NCBI GenBank assembly: GCA_964564035.1 | Contig: CAZLZN010000005.1 | Span: 1,504 to 65,503 of the forward strand | Source of the DNA: an uncultured Gammaproteobacteria bacterium | GTDB lineage: Bacteria; Patescibacteriota; Microgenomatia; Levybacterales; UBA12049 | Direction: 5' to 3' | DNA length: 64,000 nucleotides | Part shown: positions 45,566 through 55,922 of the stretch, in pieces | How positions within the stretch are numbered: the stretch's first letter is position 1 | Layout: every line of letters starts with the position of its first letter | The notes under the pieces: generated by a model | Seen by the model: only the letters and a program-made list of their open reading frames with translations | Database searches by the model: none | What the model was told of the DNA's origin: nothing | Made by a program: the position numbers and the translations under genes

Positions 45566-46234
45566 TTATTTAGTCAGGCCAAGAGCTCCAAGCGCTTGTT
45601 CTGCGGCTTTTTCCTCTGCCTCCTGTTTTGAGTGGCCTGTCCCCTCACCCATTTGTTTATTTTCTATAAATACTCCGATCGTAAAGATTTTAGCGTGAGC
45701 AGGTCCTTCTTCGTGTAGCACTTTATACTGCGGAGAATTTTGTTTTTTGGATTGTACATTTTCCTGGAGTAGGCTTTTCGGATCTTTAAAAACTTTTCTA
45801 TCGACATATTCTTTAATAAGAGGGATGATTGTTTTATTTAACATATCTTTTGCCGCGTCTATACCTTGATCGATAAATACCGCTCCCAAATAAGCCTCAA
45901 ATGTATTCGCAAGAATCGAGTCATTCTCCCGGCCGTTTGATTCCAGTTCGCCTTTGGAGAGTAGTAGATGTTGACCAAAGCCAAGTTTTCTGGCCTGCCT
46001 TGCAAGGCTTTTGGTATTCACGACAAGTGACCTGAGATTGGTCAATATCCCTTCATTAAAATCCGGATAGGTGTGGTAAATATAATCGGAAATTACAAAA
46101 GAAAGTACGCTGTCGCCCAGAAACTCCAGGCGCTCGTTTGATTCGATGGGTTTTTTGGACTCATTGAGATAAGAGCGGTGTGTAAAAGCCTGAACAAAGA
46201 GTTTTTGATTTTTAAGTTTAGGAAGGTTTTCCAT
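45566..46234 (-). CDS. rnc: Ribonuclease III
   Basis: RNase III signature ERLEFLGDSVL and a C-terminal dsRBD (GPAHAKIFTIGV...GTGHSKQEAEEKAA). The start is at MENLPK (46234). Confidence 0.9.
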   Translation of the reverse strand: MENLPKLKNQKLFVQAFTHRSYLNESKKPIESNERLEFLGDSVLSFVISDYIYHTYPDFNEGILTNLRSLVVNTKSLARQARKLGFGQHLLLSKGELESNGRENDSILANTFEAYLGAVFIDQGIDAAKDMLNKTIIPLIKEYVDRKVFKDPKSLLQENVQSKKQNSPQYKVLHEEGPAHAKIFTIGVFIENKQMGEGTGHSKQEAEEKAAEQALGALGLTK

Positions 46235-46577
46235 ATGAAACGATTTTACCAAGCACACCGTTAACAAAGCCTGCGCTTGTTTCACTCCCGTACTCCTTTG
46301 CAAGCTCTACCGCTTCATCGATCAGTACATTTTGCGGTTCTTTTTTAAAATACATTATTTCATATACGGCAAGTCTCAATATCGCCAGATCAATTCTGTT
46401 TATTTTGTCTACCGGGAAATCCGGTGCGGCTTTTTGAATCAGCTCGTCAATTTCGGATTTACGGGTTATGACTTCTTTGGCAATATCTGATACTTTCTGG
46501 TTATGAAACTGAAGACTGAACAACTCTGAAATTATACGCTGTCTTTTTTTATGTCTCGGATCTTCGCGAGTCTTCAT
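46218..46577 (-). CDS. nusB: Transcription antitermination factor NusB
   Basis: LAILRLAVYEIMY...VLIDEAVELAKEYGSETSAGFVNGVLGKI. Confidence 0.85.
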   Translation of the reverse strand: MKTREDPRHKKRQRIISELFSLQFHNQKVSDIAKEVITRKSEIDELIQKAAPDFPVDKINRIDLAILRLAVYEIMYFKKEPQNVLIDEAVELAKEYGSETSAGFVNGVLGKIVSYGKPS

Positions 46578-46774
46578 GCTTGCGCTGCTTTTGTTTGTTT
46601 TGGTGCTTTGATCTGTACTCCTCTATAAAATCCGCATTTTGCGCAAATACTGTGAGGATATCGTCTGTTTCCGCAATTTTTACAAAGCACCATCTGGATA
46701 GCCGCTAATTTAATGGCTGCCCTTCTTTTGCCTTGCCTCGCTCTGGAATGTCTTTTTTTCGGTTCGTGCGGCAT
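46574..46774 (-). CDS. rpmF: 50S ribosomal protein L32
   Basis: MPHEPKKRHSRARQGKRRA plus a CxxC...CxxC zinc ribbon. The gene overlaps nusB by 4 nt. Confidence 0.85.
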   Translation of the reverse strand: MPHEPKKRHSRARQGKRRAAIKLAAIQMVLCKNCGNRRYPHSICAKCGFYRGVQIKAPKQTKAAQA

Positions 46775-46839
46775 ATGTAATTATGTATTTTACTAAATTC
46801 CGGCAGTTTACGCAACAAACTAAATTGTTGATTAAAAAT

Positions 46840-48945
46840 TTAATCCGGAGATATATTTTTTAGATTCACAGATTTAATTTTCTCCTCGAGCGCTGGATAC
46901 TTTTTAAGCTCAGGATAGGTCTTCTTAGCGGACTCCCCCGCGATTTGAATTATGTGACTATCGGAAAAAGACGCAACTCTCAGCTTCGGGATTCCGTGTT
47001 GTGCGGTCCCGTAAATATCCCCCGGCCCCCGTAGTTTCAGATCTATCTCGGCAAGCTCCGCGCCGGAATGTGTTCTTTCCAGAGCCTTTAGTCTTTGGGT
47101 TGTTTTATCGGTCTGTGAATCCGAATATAGCAGGCAGTATGATTGCTTATCTCCTCGCCCTACTCTGCCGCGCAACTGATGAAGCTGTGCCAACCCGAAC
47201 CTGTCTGCAGCCTCGATCATTATAATAGTGGCATTGGTGACATCAATACCCACCTCTACAACCGGTGTAGCGACCAGGATATCGAACTTTTTATTTTTAA
47301 AATCCTGCATGACAGTTTCTTTCTCGGCCGATTTCATTTTGCCGTGCAGTAAGCCGAGATTGAGGTTAGGAAACACTTCCGTTCTAAGTCTCTCATGTTC
47401 TTTTGCGGCCGCCTTCACAGTCATCATGCTCTCAGATTGTTCAATAAACGGACAGATTATAAAAACCTGAGAATTGGTTTGCTTGATCTGTTCCTCGATC
47501 CATCTATAACCCGCCTCTCTTTTCTCGGGCGGCACAAGCCAGGTTTTGATCTTCTGCCGTCCAACCGGCATTTCATCGAGGTACGAAAGATCAAGATCCC
47601 CATACATTGTTAAGGCAACAGTTCTGGGGATCGGAGTCGCGGTCATCGTCAATAGATGCGTACTCTCCCCTTTTTGTCTTATAAGCGATCTCTGCTCGAC
47701 GCCGAACCTTTGCTGTTCATCGATCACAACCAGAGCAAGCTTATCAAGCTTAATTTTTTCATTCAAAAGCGCATGCGTCCCAACAATTATATCTGTATTA
47801 TGTAGAATGTATTTTGTATTATGTAGCAATTTATTTTTATCTTTATTCTTAATACTTAATACTGGATACTTAATACTCTTCCTGCTTCCCGTCACCAAAT
47901 CAACCGTAATTCCAAACGGCTCAAGCAGTCTCTTTATCGTCGAGTAGTGTTGTTGTGCCAATATTTCTGTCGGCGCTAGCAGTATCGATTGAAAACCGTT
48001 TAAATATACTGCATACATTGCCGCCGCCGCGACTACGGTTTTGCCGCTCCCGACATCGCCCTGAAGGAGCCGGTTCATAGATTTATCGCTCTCCAGATCT
48101 TTCAAAATTTCACCAACCGCTTTCTTTTGAGCGCCGGTCAGCATAAAAGGCAGAGACTTATAAAAATTATTTATGTCATTCTCGTAAGCATTTATTTTTA
48201 GCGGCTTAGCAACTTTTACCTGTCTCCACTCGGCGCGTCTTTTCAGACTGGCTAACTGCAATAGGAATATTTCATCAAAACTAAGCCTTAGTCTTGCTTT
48301 TTCAGCGTCGTCCAGATTTTTGGGATAGTGTGCCTCCTGTATGGCATACGCTAGCGGTAGGAGTTTATGAGCGCTAATAATCTGGTGCGGCAAAAACTCA
48401 ACCAGTTCATTTTTATAGTCCTGTAAAATCCGAAATATCTGCCGTCTCAGCCATTTTGATGAAATGCCTTTGGTTTCGGGATAGACCGGCACCAGTCTTC
48501 CGGTATGAACAGATTCCTGTCCCTCGGGAAGTATTTCAAAAACAGGTGACTGTAATTTGAGCTTAGTTCCCGCGCCTTCGACGCGTCCGGATGCGGATAT
48601 TCTGCTCCCGGCGGCCAGCGATTTTATTATAAATGGCTGATTGAACCAGGTAAGCTCAATATTGCCTGTCTCATCATAGATGACCGCTTTTTGTATTGTT
48701 TTTATACGCGAACTTCTTAGATATTGATTTTTGGCTTCAACAACTTCTCCTTGTATCGTGACAACCTCTCCCGGCTGGATGTTTCCTATTTTTGAAATAA
48801 CCGAAAAGTCTTCATACCGGCTCGGGAGGTGATACAAAAAATCCTCAACCGTATAAATCCCCAGTTTCTCCAGCCTCTTGGCATAATTTCTCAGCATCCT
48901 GCTTTCGGCTTTAGCCAATATTATATTGAGGGCCATATGTGTCAC
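46840..48945 (-). CDS. recG: ATP-dependent DNA helicase RecG
   Basis: Wedge/OB N-domain, GDVGSGKT, DEQQRFG, TATPIPRT and QLRGRVGRG. Confidence 0.95.
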   Translation of the reverse strand: MTHMALNIILAKAESRMLRNYAKRLEKLGIYTVEDFLYHLPSRYEDFSVISKIGNIQPGEVVTIQGEVVEAKNQYLRSSRIKTIQKAVIYDETGNIELTWFNQPFIIKSLAAGSRISASGRVEGAGTKLKLQSPVFEILPEGQESVHTGRLVPVYPETKGISSKWLRRQIFRILQDYKNELVEFLPHQIISAHKLLPLAYAIQEAHYPKNLDDAEKARLRLSFDEIFLLQLASLKRRAEWRQVKVAKPLKINAYENDINNFYKSLPFMLTGAQKKAVGEILKDLESDKSMNRLLQGDVGSGKTVVAAAAMYAVYLNGFQSILLAPTEILAQQHYSTIKRLLEPFGITVDLVTGSRKSIKYPVLSIKNKDKNKLLHNTKYILHNTDIIVGTHALLNEKIKLDKLALVVIDEQQRFGVEQRSLIRQKGESTHLLTMTATPIPRTVALTMYGDLDLSYLDEMPVGRQKIKTWLVPPEKREAGYRWIEEQIKQTNSQVFIICPFIEQSESMMTVKAAAKEHERLRTEVFPNLNLGLLHGKMKSAEKETVMQDFKNKKFDILVATPVVEVGIDVTNATIIMIEAADRFGLAQLHQLRGRVGRGDKQSYCLLYSDSQTDKTTQRLKALERTHSGAELAEIDLKLRGPGDIYGTAQHGIPKLRVASFSDSHIIQIAGESAKKTYPELKKYPALEEKIKSVNLKNISPD
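47850..47877. repeat. Four tandem heptamers (TAATACT x2, GGATACT, TAATACT) inside recG
   Basis: Read directly. They encode KSIKYPVLSIK on the minus strand. An adjacent 21-nt in-frame duplication places TGTATTATGTAG at 47794 and 47815. Confidence 0.8.
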
Positions 48946-48960
48946 GAATTATATCACTAT

Positions 48961-49065
48961 TTATAGTAATGTCAGGAATGGAAGTATAGAGGACGCGACC
49001 AGCGCGAGGCCGGCTATGATAATTATTATTTTCCCAAACATCTGATGCTTCCTAAAAAAATCCAT
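48961..49065 (-). CDS. Unlisted small membrane ORF (34 aa)
   Basis: MDFFRKHQMFGKIIIIIAGLALVASSILPFLTLL* lies between tyrS and recG. Confidence 0.25.
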   Translation of the reverse strand: MDFFRKHQMFGKIIIIIAGLALVASSILPFLTLL

Positions 49066-49073
49066 AACTGAAA

Positions 49074-49108
49074 TAGTATAAAGTATCGAGTATTAAGTAT
49101 CAAGTATT
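49074..49108. repeat. Five tandem heptamers (RAGTATN on the plus strand) at the tyrS stop
   Basis: tagtata aagtatc gagtatt aagtatc aagtatt. This is the same ATACT-core unit as in recG, in the opposite orientation. Confidence 0.75.
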
Positions 49109-50302
49109 TTCATCAACAATTCTTCTGAATACATGTTTACCCTTTTGTATTAGCAATTCATTATTTTTTAGAAAATCTTTGATTGGTTTTTGCGGGTCCT
49201 TGAGTATTTCACCGTTTATTTTTATTCCCTCTTGATCGCTTAATCTTTTTACTTCAGACTTACTTGACGCTAGATTTAAACCAATAATCACATCAGAAGC
49301 GCTTGGATTATCATTCAGTGAATATCTAACTTCTAAAATCTCCTCCGGAGCTTCCTTTTTCTGTACTGTTTTCTCAAAATTGTCAGCAGCCTCTTTTGCC
49401 GACTCGGCATCATGAAGCTCCTTAGTTATTCTCAAAGCCAGCTTTTTCTTCACATTCATCGGATGCTCACCGGTTTCAAGAGCTTTCTTAATTTCCTCAA
49501 TTTCCGAAAGCTCTGCGCTAGTTGCCAGCGTATAATATTGAACAATCAGATCATCCGTAATCGCCATCACTTTCGCATACATATCATTAGGATTATCATC
49601 AAGCCATATCGCGTTCCCCCATGATTTACTCATCTTCCGCCCGTCGGTGCCCTCCAGAATCACGTTTGTAATTACAAAAGACTGTTTATTCCTTAGATCT
49701 TTCTGCAAAGTCCTCCCGGCCTGCATATTAAACGTCTGATCCGTGCCTCCTATCTGAATATCCGTGTCCAAAAAATAACTGTCATAACCCTGCATCACGG
49801 GATACAAAAACTCATGAAGACCGACTCTTTTATTTTCGCTTAGCCTTTTACGTATAAGTTCCCGTCCTACAAAATCTCCTACAGAGAAATGTTTTGTCAG
49901 TTTTACAATATCTTCAAATGAAAGTTTCTTAAGCCATTCGCTATTATATTTAACTGTTACTTTTGAAAAATCCACAATTTTCTCGGCTTGTTTTTTGTAA
50001 GTCTGGAAATTTTTCTCAATTTCCTCAGAAGTCAGATTCGGCCGTTCGGTATCTTTATCGGACGTGTCACCAATCAATGAAGTAAAGTCGCCAATCAAAA
50101 AAGTTACATTATGTCCCATTTCAGCAAAAGCTTGCATTTTACGAAGCGGCACGGCATGGCCTAGATGAATTTTCGTACTTGTCGGATCGATCCCCAGATA
50201 TATATTTAGCTTTTTATCTGAACTTATCACTTTACCAAGCTCTTCTTTCCCCGGTATAATATTTGCTACTCCGCGCGTCAAAATCTCTTCGATCTTATCC
50301 AT
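49100..50302 (-). CDS. tyrS: Tyrosyl-tRNA synthetase
   Basis: HIGH-type HLGH, KMSKS and a C-terminal S4-like domain. The start is at MDKIEE (50302), with TATACT 6 nt upstream. Confidence 0.9.
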   Translation of the reverse strand: MDKIEEILTRGVANIIPGKEELGKVISSDKKLNIYLGIDPTSTKIHLGHAVPLRKMQAFAEMGHNVTFLIGDFTSLIGDTSDKDTERPNLTSEEIEKNFQTYKKQAEKIVDFSKVTVKYNSEWLKKLSFEDIVKLTKHFSVGDFVGRELIRKRLSENKRVGLHEFLYPVMQGYDSYFLDTDIQIGGTDQTFNMQAGRTLQKDLRNKQSFVITNVILEGTDGRKMSKSWGNAIWLDDNPNDMYAKVMAITDDLIVQYYTLATSAELSEIEEIKKALETGEHPMNVKKKLALRITKELHDAESAKEAADNFEKTVQKKEAPEEILEVRYSLNDNPSASDVIIGLNLASSKSEVKRLSDQEGIKINGEILKDPQKPIKDFLKNNELLIQKGKHVFRRIVDENT

Positions 50303-50495
50303 AAAGCGAGTATAGCACATTGTTTTTAAAAATTTGATATACGCTTCTGCTTTCAAAATATAATTTGTATAATAACCTCGTAGTAATCTTCTAAGATTTC
50401 AATCCCGCTCTCTTCATTCTATCTATAAACAACCGCATAAATTTACCAAACTTTGCAAAAAGATTGCGAAGTGGTATATAATACAAAAACTTCAT

Positions 50496-52853
50496 ATGGA
50501 CTTCAAACCTGCCGGTAAAAGAAGAAGAAACTTTTTAAATTCCCCACGACGCCGAGGCAGTTCTTTCAAAAGCGGCAAGTGGCTTTTCTTACTAAGCCGC
50601 GGCATGATCGTCTTATTTATCGCTGTAATTATTGGCGTAGTCAGTATGCCGTTATTATTTCTTTGGTTCAGCAGGGACCTGCCGACTCCCGGTAAGCTCA
50701 TCGAGTCCAAATACAAAGACGCGACCAGGATCTATGACCGCAAAGGTGAACTTCTTTATTCTGTGTATCAGGATGAGAACAGAACCTACGTCAAGCTCAC
50801 TGAAATCCCAAAAACCCTTCAGCAGGCGACAATCGCTATTGAAGACGAGGATTTTTATGAAAACCAGGGCTTCTCCCCGATTGCCTATCTTCGCGTAGTC
50901 AAGAATTATATCGAAGGCAAGGGATTGGCAGGCGGATCAACCATAAGCCAGCAGTTAGTCAAAAATGTACTATTATCGTCCGAAAGGAGTCTTCCCAGAA
51001 AAATCAAAGAACTGATTTTATCGATCCAGATAAATCAAAAATATAGTAAAGATGAAATTCTCGAAATGTATTTGAACAACATTCCTTATGGCGGTACCGC
51101 TGTCGGAGTTGAGGCGGCAAGCGAAATGTATTTTGGCAAAAAAGCCGGCAAGCTGAATCTGGCGGAATCTGCGTTTCTGGCCGGTCTCCCGCAGAGTCCG
51201 AGTATATACTCTCCGTTTACCGGAAATAATTATTATATAGGACGGTCCGAAGCTGTGCTTAAGCAAATGGTCTCCAATAGTTATATAACCCCTCAGGAAT
51301 CCGAGCGCGCTCTCAAGCAAATTAAAAATTTCAAATTTTCTCAAAAATATTCTTCTATCAAAGCCCCTCATTTCGTTATGTACGTCAAAGACAAACTGGA
51401 AGAACAATTCGGTTCGCAGGCCGTAATCAGCGGAGGACTTCAGGTCAAAACCACTCTGGATTACAAGATACAGCAGGAGGCTGAAAAAATAGTACAAGAA
51501 GAAATTGACAAGTTGGAAGATTATGATGTAAACAATGCCGCCGCTATGGTTGCGGATCCCAAAACAGGCGAGATACTCGCGATGGTTGGAAGCAAAGATT
51601 ATTTTGATGAAGATATTGACGGCAATTTCAATGTCGCGACGTCCAACAATCGCAACCCCGGTTCTTCATTGAAGCCGATCATTTACGCCGCCGCGCTTGA
51701 AAAAGGTTATACCGCCTCAACTATGCTCATGGATGTGCGCACCGAGTTCCCGAGCAATGATCCGAACAAGCCATATGTTCCGGAAAATTACGATCGCAAA
51801 TACCGCGGGCCGGTACAAGTCCGGTTCGCTCTGGGAAATTCTCTAAATATTCCGGCAGTGAAGCTTATGGCAATGATAGGAATAGATGCAGGCATGAAAA
51901 AAGCCTACGATATGGGCATCAGGAATTGGGAGCCGACAACTGAGAATAAATCCCAGGTTGGATTATCTCTGGTATTGGGAGGCCGCGGGGCGTCCCTTAT
52001 GGATGAAATCACTGCTTACGGCGTCCTGGCCAACAAGGGCATCAAAAACGATCCAATCACAATTCTGGAAGTATCCGACAACCAGGGAGAAAAACTCTTC
52101 GAATACCGCAAAAAAGATGGTAAAAAAGTCCTGTCAGAAGAAATTGCCTTTATTATTTCTCATATTTTACTTGATAATAACGCCAGGTCCGCTGCTTTCG
52201 GCTCCTCATCACTCCTCAATATTGCCGGCAAGACAGTAGCCGTCAAAACAGGTACGACCGACGAAAAAAGAGATAACTGGACGATCGGTTATACGCCCTC
52301 ATATGTGGCTGGCGTATGGGTCGGCAACAGTGACAATTCGCCTATGGACGAATCTATAGCATCAGGCGTAACAGGAGCTTCCCCGATATGGAATAAGATC
52401 ATGAAATATGTATTAAAAAACAAATCCGACGAACAATTCGAAAAGCCTGAGAGTGTTATCGCGCTTCAGATAGACTCCTTAAGCGGCGGTTTGCCTCATG
52501 GAGGCGAGCCGACGCGCTCGGAATATTTCATCAAAGGTACAGAGCCTACTATGGAATCGGCAATTTACAAAAGCAAAGACGGCCAGAATTATTTAGTTTT
52601 TCGGGAAGAAGACCCGGTTTCGACCGACGGTCAGAACAGATGGCAAAAAGGCATAGATGAATGGGTGCAGTCAGCGCACAAGGACGATAAATTGTATAAC
52701 CCTCCAGATGATGTCAAGAATGAAAACAGATCTGAAGACTCGGCATCTTCCTCTGAAAATAAAGATCAGAATAGTCCGACCAATGTGCAGGGCCTCGCGG
52801 TTACATCTCTTCCATTGCCTTCCCCGACCGGCTCGCCGTCACCGGCCCCTTAG
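50496..52853 (+). CDS. Class A penicillin-binding protein (PBP1A; glycosyltransferase plus transpeptidase)
   Basis: The GT51 motifs are EDEDFYENQG, GGSTISQQ and RKIKE. The transpeptidase motifs are SSLKP, SLN and KTGT. There is an N-terminal transmembrane anchor. Confidence 0.95.
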   Translation: MDFKPAGKRRRNFLNSPRRRGSSFKSGKWLFLLSRGMIVLFIAVIIGVVSMPLLFLWFSRDLPTPGKLIESKYKDATRIYDRKGELLYSVYQDENRTYVKLTEIPKTLQQATIAIEDEDFYENQGFSPIAYLRVVKNYIEGKGLAGGSTISQQLVKNVLLSSERSLPRKIKELILSIQINQKYSKDEILEMYLNNIPYGGTAVGVEAASEMYFGKKAGKLNLAESAFLAGLPQSPSIYSPFTGNNYYIGRSEAVLKQMVSNSYITPQESERALKQIKNFKFSQKYSSIKAPHFVMYVKDKLEEQFGSQAVISGGLQVKTTLDYKIQQEAEKIVQEEIDKLEDYDVNNAAAMVADPKTGEILAMVGSKDYFDEDIDGNFNVATSNNRNPGSSLKPIIYAAALEKGYTASTMLMDVRTEFPSNDPNKPYVPENYDRKYRGPVQVRFALGNSLNIPAVKLMAMIGIDAGMKKAYDMGIRNWEPTTENKSQVGLSLVLGGRGASLMDEITAYGVLANKGIKNDPITILEVSDNQGEKLFEYRKKDGKKVLSEEIAFIISHILLDNNARSAAFGSSSLLNIAGKTVAVKTGTTDEKRDNWTIGYTPSYVAGVWVGNSDNSPMDESIASGVTGASPIWNKIMKYVLKNKSDEQFEKPESVIALQIDSLSGGLPHGGEPTRSEYFIKGTEPTMESAIYKSKDGQNYLVFREEDPVSTDGQNRWQKGIDEWVQSAHKDDKLYNPPDDVKNENRSEDSASSSENKDQNSPTNVQGLAVTSLPLPSPTGSPSPAP

Positions 52854-54796
52854 GATTTTAGAAGCGCACCATATTTTTGCCGTAATGTCGAAATAAGCCT
52901 TGTATTTATTTGCAAAATTTCTTCTTTTGTCAGATTTCTGTCCATGCTTTGGTATTCAATATGAAATGTTCTCGATTTCTCGAATTTATCAAGCAAAGCA
53001 ACACTGCTGATCAGACTGCTTTGTTTTTTGATTTCTTTTATGATGTCCCCTGTTTTATACTTAAAATCAATTATCAACGAAATGTCTTCTACTACTGCCG
53101 GATATTTTGAAGCCGGCTTATATACTTTTTTATCTGTTGCGTACTTTGTGAGCAGTTCAAAATTCAGCTCAAACACGACTGTATCATTCCCCAATATATT
53201 TATAAAACCCGCAATCCTACTGCCGATAAAAATATCCGCTGTGACCTGTTTGCCGTTTTTGAAATCCGCGTCTGTTATTCCAAGCTCAACAAATATTTGC
53301 TCAACAATTCCCTTGGCATCAAAAAAGTCTGACCCCTTGCCCTTTATAAGACAGCAAAGAGTTTTGATCTCATCCGGCAGCGCGACCGGCTTTTTGATAT
53401 ATACATTCGCTATCTCAAATATTCGTGCATGTTCTCGACTCGTGTTTACGCCGGCCACCTCAACCAGGCTAGGCACAATGCTGGTTCTCATAAAAACATG
53501 ATCTTCATCAAGCGGGTTTTTTATTTTGACCATGTCCGTCTCTTTTTCTCCGGCTGACCGCCCGCTTACCATTGAGTATGTATAGCACTCCGTAAAGCCC
53601 CAAAATTTCAGTGCGTCTTTAGTCCTATTTTCCCAATAAAACGCGTCTCGTAAATCACTGATTGCTGTATTGTTCACAGGAGGCATAATGCTTGGCAAAT
53701 TATGATATCCGTAAATTCTCGCTATCTCCTCGATCAGATCTTCGGCTATTTCAATGTCATTGTTTCTGAAAGACGGCGGGATTACTTTCAAAACTTTTTG
53801 CTCCATTTTAATTTCAAACCCCAGAGATTCTAATATTTGCGCCGATTCATTTAGCGGTATATCGGCTCCGATAACAGAGTTTATTTTTTCCTCGGAAATT
53901 TCAATTTCTTTAGTTTTAATTTTGTTCGGATATATGTCAATTAGCTCGGATACTACTTTTCCCTCAGCCATTTCTTCAAAAAGTTTGATTCCATATAAAA
54001 ACGCGCTCCAGGCAAGCTCCGGGTCTGTACTTTTTTCGTTTAAAATAACCGCCTCTGTCCTGATTCCCAGCTCCATCGATGTTCTGCGCATTCTGACAGG
54101 ATCGTTATTGTTCAAAAAGAATAAAATTTTCTTTGTATTATTTGTCACAACGCTATTTTCAAGTCCCATTATTCCGAGTAGATCAACTATTCTCCCCCTA
54201 TCATCGATAGCGACAATATCCCCGCCTGAGAGCGTATACGTTTTTTTATCTAGAGTAACTATTTTGTCCCCCGGTTTTGACTGCGTCACAATAAGCTTTT
54301 CGGTGTCTAATCTGTCAAAATCAAATACATGAGATGAATGCCCGATTGTCCTTGTAATATAATTTGTAATATCTATCAGATTATTCAAACTCCGCATGCC
54401 GCCGGCTTCCAGACGCTCTTTTATTTTTTCGGATGATGGTTTTACTTTTACTTCTAAAACAGCAGCGCAAATTCTGTTTACCAGCGTCTGATCACTTTTT
54501 ATCTCAATTTTTTCGGTAATTTTATCGATTTTGGGTATGGATGTATTTGGCGGGATGTATTCCGCGTCAATTTTGTTCTGTCTAAGAACGGCTGCGCTTT
54601 CGCGCGCGAGACCTGTAACAGACATCAGGTCGGGGCGGTTTGTTGTTACCTCAATATCATAAGAAAAATCATTTTTAAATTTTTCCAGACGCTCAACTGA
54701 CACGCTTGCGAGCGATAATTTTTCGGCAATTATTTTCGGCTGGGCTTTGGTTTTCAAATAATCTCTCAGCCAACTGTCAAGAATCTTTATGTTCAT
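52850..54796 (-). CDS. pheT: Phenylalanyl-tRNA synthetase beta subunit (short form)
   Basis: B3/4 and B5 regions, and a C-terminal FDX-ACB-like end. The gene lies downstream of pheS in the same orientation. Confidence 0.85.
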   Translation of the reverse strand: MNIKILDSWLRDYLKTKAQPKIIAEKLSLASVSVERLEKFKNDFSYDIEVTTNRPDLMSVTGLARESAAVLRQNKIDAEYIPPNTSIPKIDKITEKIEIKSDQTLVNRICAAVLEVKVKPSSEKIKERLEAGGMRSLNNLIDITNYITRTIGHSSHVFDFDRLDTEKLIVTQSKPGDKIVTLDKKTYTLSGGDIVAIDDRGRIVDLLGIMGLENSVVTNNTKKILFFLNNNDPVRMRRTSMELGIRTEAVILNEKSTDPELAWSAFLYGIKLFEEMAEGKVVSELIDIYPNKIKTKEIEISEEKINSVIGADIPLNESAQILESLGFEIKMEQKVLKVIPPSFRNNDIEIAEDLIEEIARIYGYHNLPSIMPPVNNTAISDLRDAFYWENRTKDALKFWGFTECYTYSMVSGRSAGEKETDMVKIKNPLDEDHVFMRTSIVPSLVEVAGVNTSREHARIFEIANVYIKKPVALPDEIKTLCCLIKGKGSDFFDAKGIVEQIFVELGITDADFKNGKQVTADIFIGSRIAGFINILGNDTVVFELNFELLTKYATDKKVYKPASKYPAVVEDISLIIDFKYKTGDIIKEIKKQSSLISSVALLDKFEKSRTFHIEYQSMDRNLTKEEILQINTRLISTLRQKYGALLKS

Positions 54797-54839
54797 ATTA
54801 TAGTTACTAAACCCTAAGCACTAAAACCTAACCACTAGT

Positions 54840-55922
54840 CTAAAATTGTTCAAGGAAATCTAATTTGTTCGAATACAATAAACGTAAATCGTCAATCACA
54901 AGTCCTTCTTTCATCATCAGTACACGCTCAATGCCCCATCCGAACGCAAATCCCGTATATTCTTTCGAATCAATCCCTCCGAATCTCATTGCATTCGGAT
55001 GTACCATGCCTGCGCCGCCAAGTTCCAGCCACCCTTCTTTGCACAGCCTGCACGGCTCGTTATTCTTGAGCTTTCCACTGCCCTCACATATCCCGCAGCT
55101 GACATCAACCTCAAATGACGGCTCGGTAAACTGAAAATGATACGGCCTGATTCTGGATATCCTCTTATCTCCAAAATATGATTTTACAAAATAATCAAGC
55201 ACGCCCTTTAGATGAGTTATTGCTATATCACGCCCCACAACCAATCCTTCAAATTGATGGAACATTTGCGTATGAGACACATCCGATTGCCGTCTGTAGC
55301 ACTTTGCAATATTTAACATTTTAATTTCAATTTCTTTTCGTTTTTCATTTTGCATTTTTAGTTTTCTTTCCATCTCCCTCACCTGTCCCGACGAAGTATG
55401 AGGCGTTAAAACAACAGATCCGTATTTACTGTCCGGTTTTTGATCGATAAAAAAAGTCTCCCAGTCGTCTCTGGCCGGGTGATTATCCGGAAAATTCAAG
55501 GCCGTAAACGCATAGTAATCCCATTCGACTTCGGGATGCGCGACTCTCGTGAATCCGATTTTTTCGAATATAGCCGTTATTTCCCGGATAGCCTGTGTAA
55601 CGAGATGCAGGTGGCCAAGCGCCGGTCGAACTCCCGGTTCGGTTACATCAATTTCGCTCGAGGATCTTGCCTCTTGATTTTTGATTCTTGATTCTTTGTC
55701 TGCTATCGCGTTTTCAACAATGCTTTTTACTTCATTTATCACTCTTCCGGCATCAGGTTTTTCCTCATTCGGCAGACTTACAATTTCTTTAAGCAGGTTG
55801 CTCAGGGAGCCGTTTCTACCCAGATATTGTATGCGGAGTTGTTCAAGTTCTTTCACGTCTTGAGCGGACAAAATAAGCGAAATAGCCTCATTTTTTATAT
55901 TCAAAAGTTTATCCTTCATCAC
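54840..55922 (-). CDS. pheS: Phenylalanyl-tRNA synthetase alpha subunit
   Basis: Class II motifs include FRPYHFQFTEPSFEVD and GFAFGWGIERV. TGCTATAAT lies 5-8 nt upstream of the GTG/ATG start. Confidence 0.9.
   Translation of the reverse strand: MMKDKLLNIKNEAISLILSAQDVKELEQLRIQYLGRNGSLSNLLKEIVSLPNEEKPDAGRVINEVKSIVENAIADKESRIKNQEARSSSEIDVTEPGVRPALGHLHLVTQAIREITAIFEKIGFTRVAHPEVEWDYYAFTALNFPDNHPARDDWETFFIDQKPDSKYGSVVLTPHTSSGQVREMERKLKMQNEKRKEIEIKMLNIAKCYRRQSDVSHTQMFHQFEGLVVGRDIAITHLKGVLDYFVKSYFGDKRISRIRPYHFQFTEPSFEVDVSCGICEGSGKLKNNEPCRLCKEGWLELGGAGMVHPNAMRFGGIDSKEYTGFAFGWGIERVLMMKEGLVIDDLRLLYSNKLDFLEQF

Noticed and set aside
53754-54332. Long antisense shadow ORFs inside well-supported genes. 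Examples are 53754-54332 and 53028-53501 opposite pheT, 40583-41104 opposite dus, 47546-47947 opposite recG, 834-1247 opposite the nuclease, and 43653-43979 opposite the coiled-coil gene.
   Set aside because: The opposite strand carries strong family motifs in each case. The shadow ORFs are Ser/Leu/Phe-rich low-complexity translations with no start signals.
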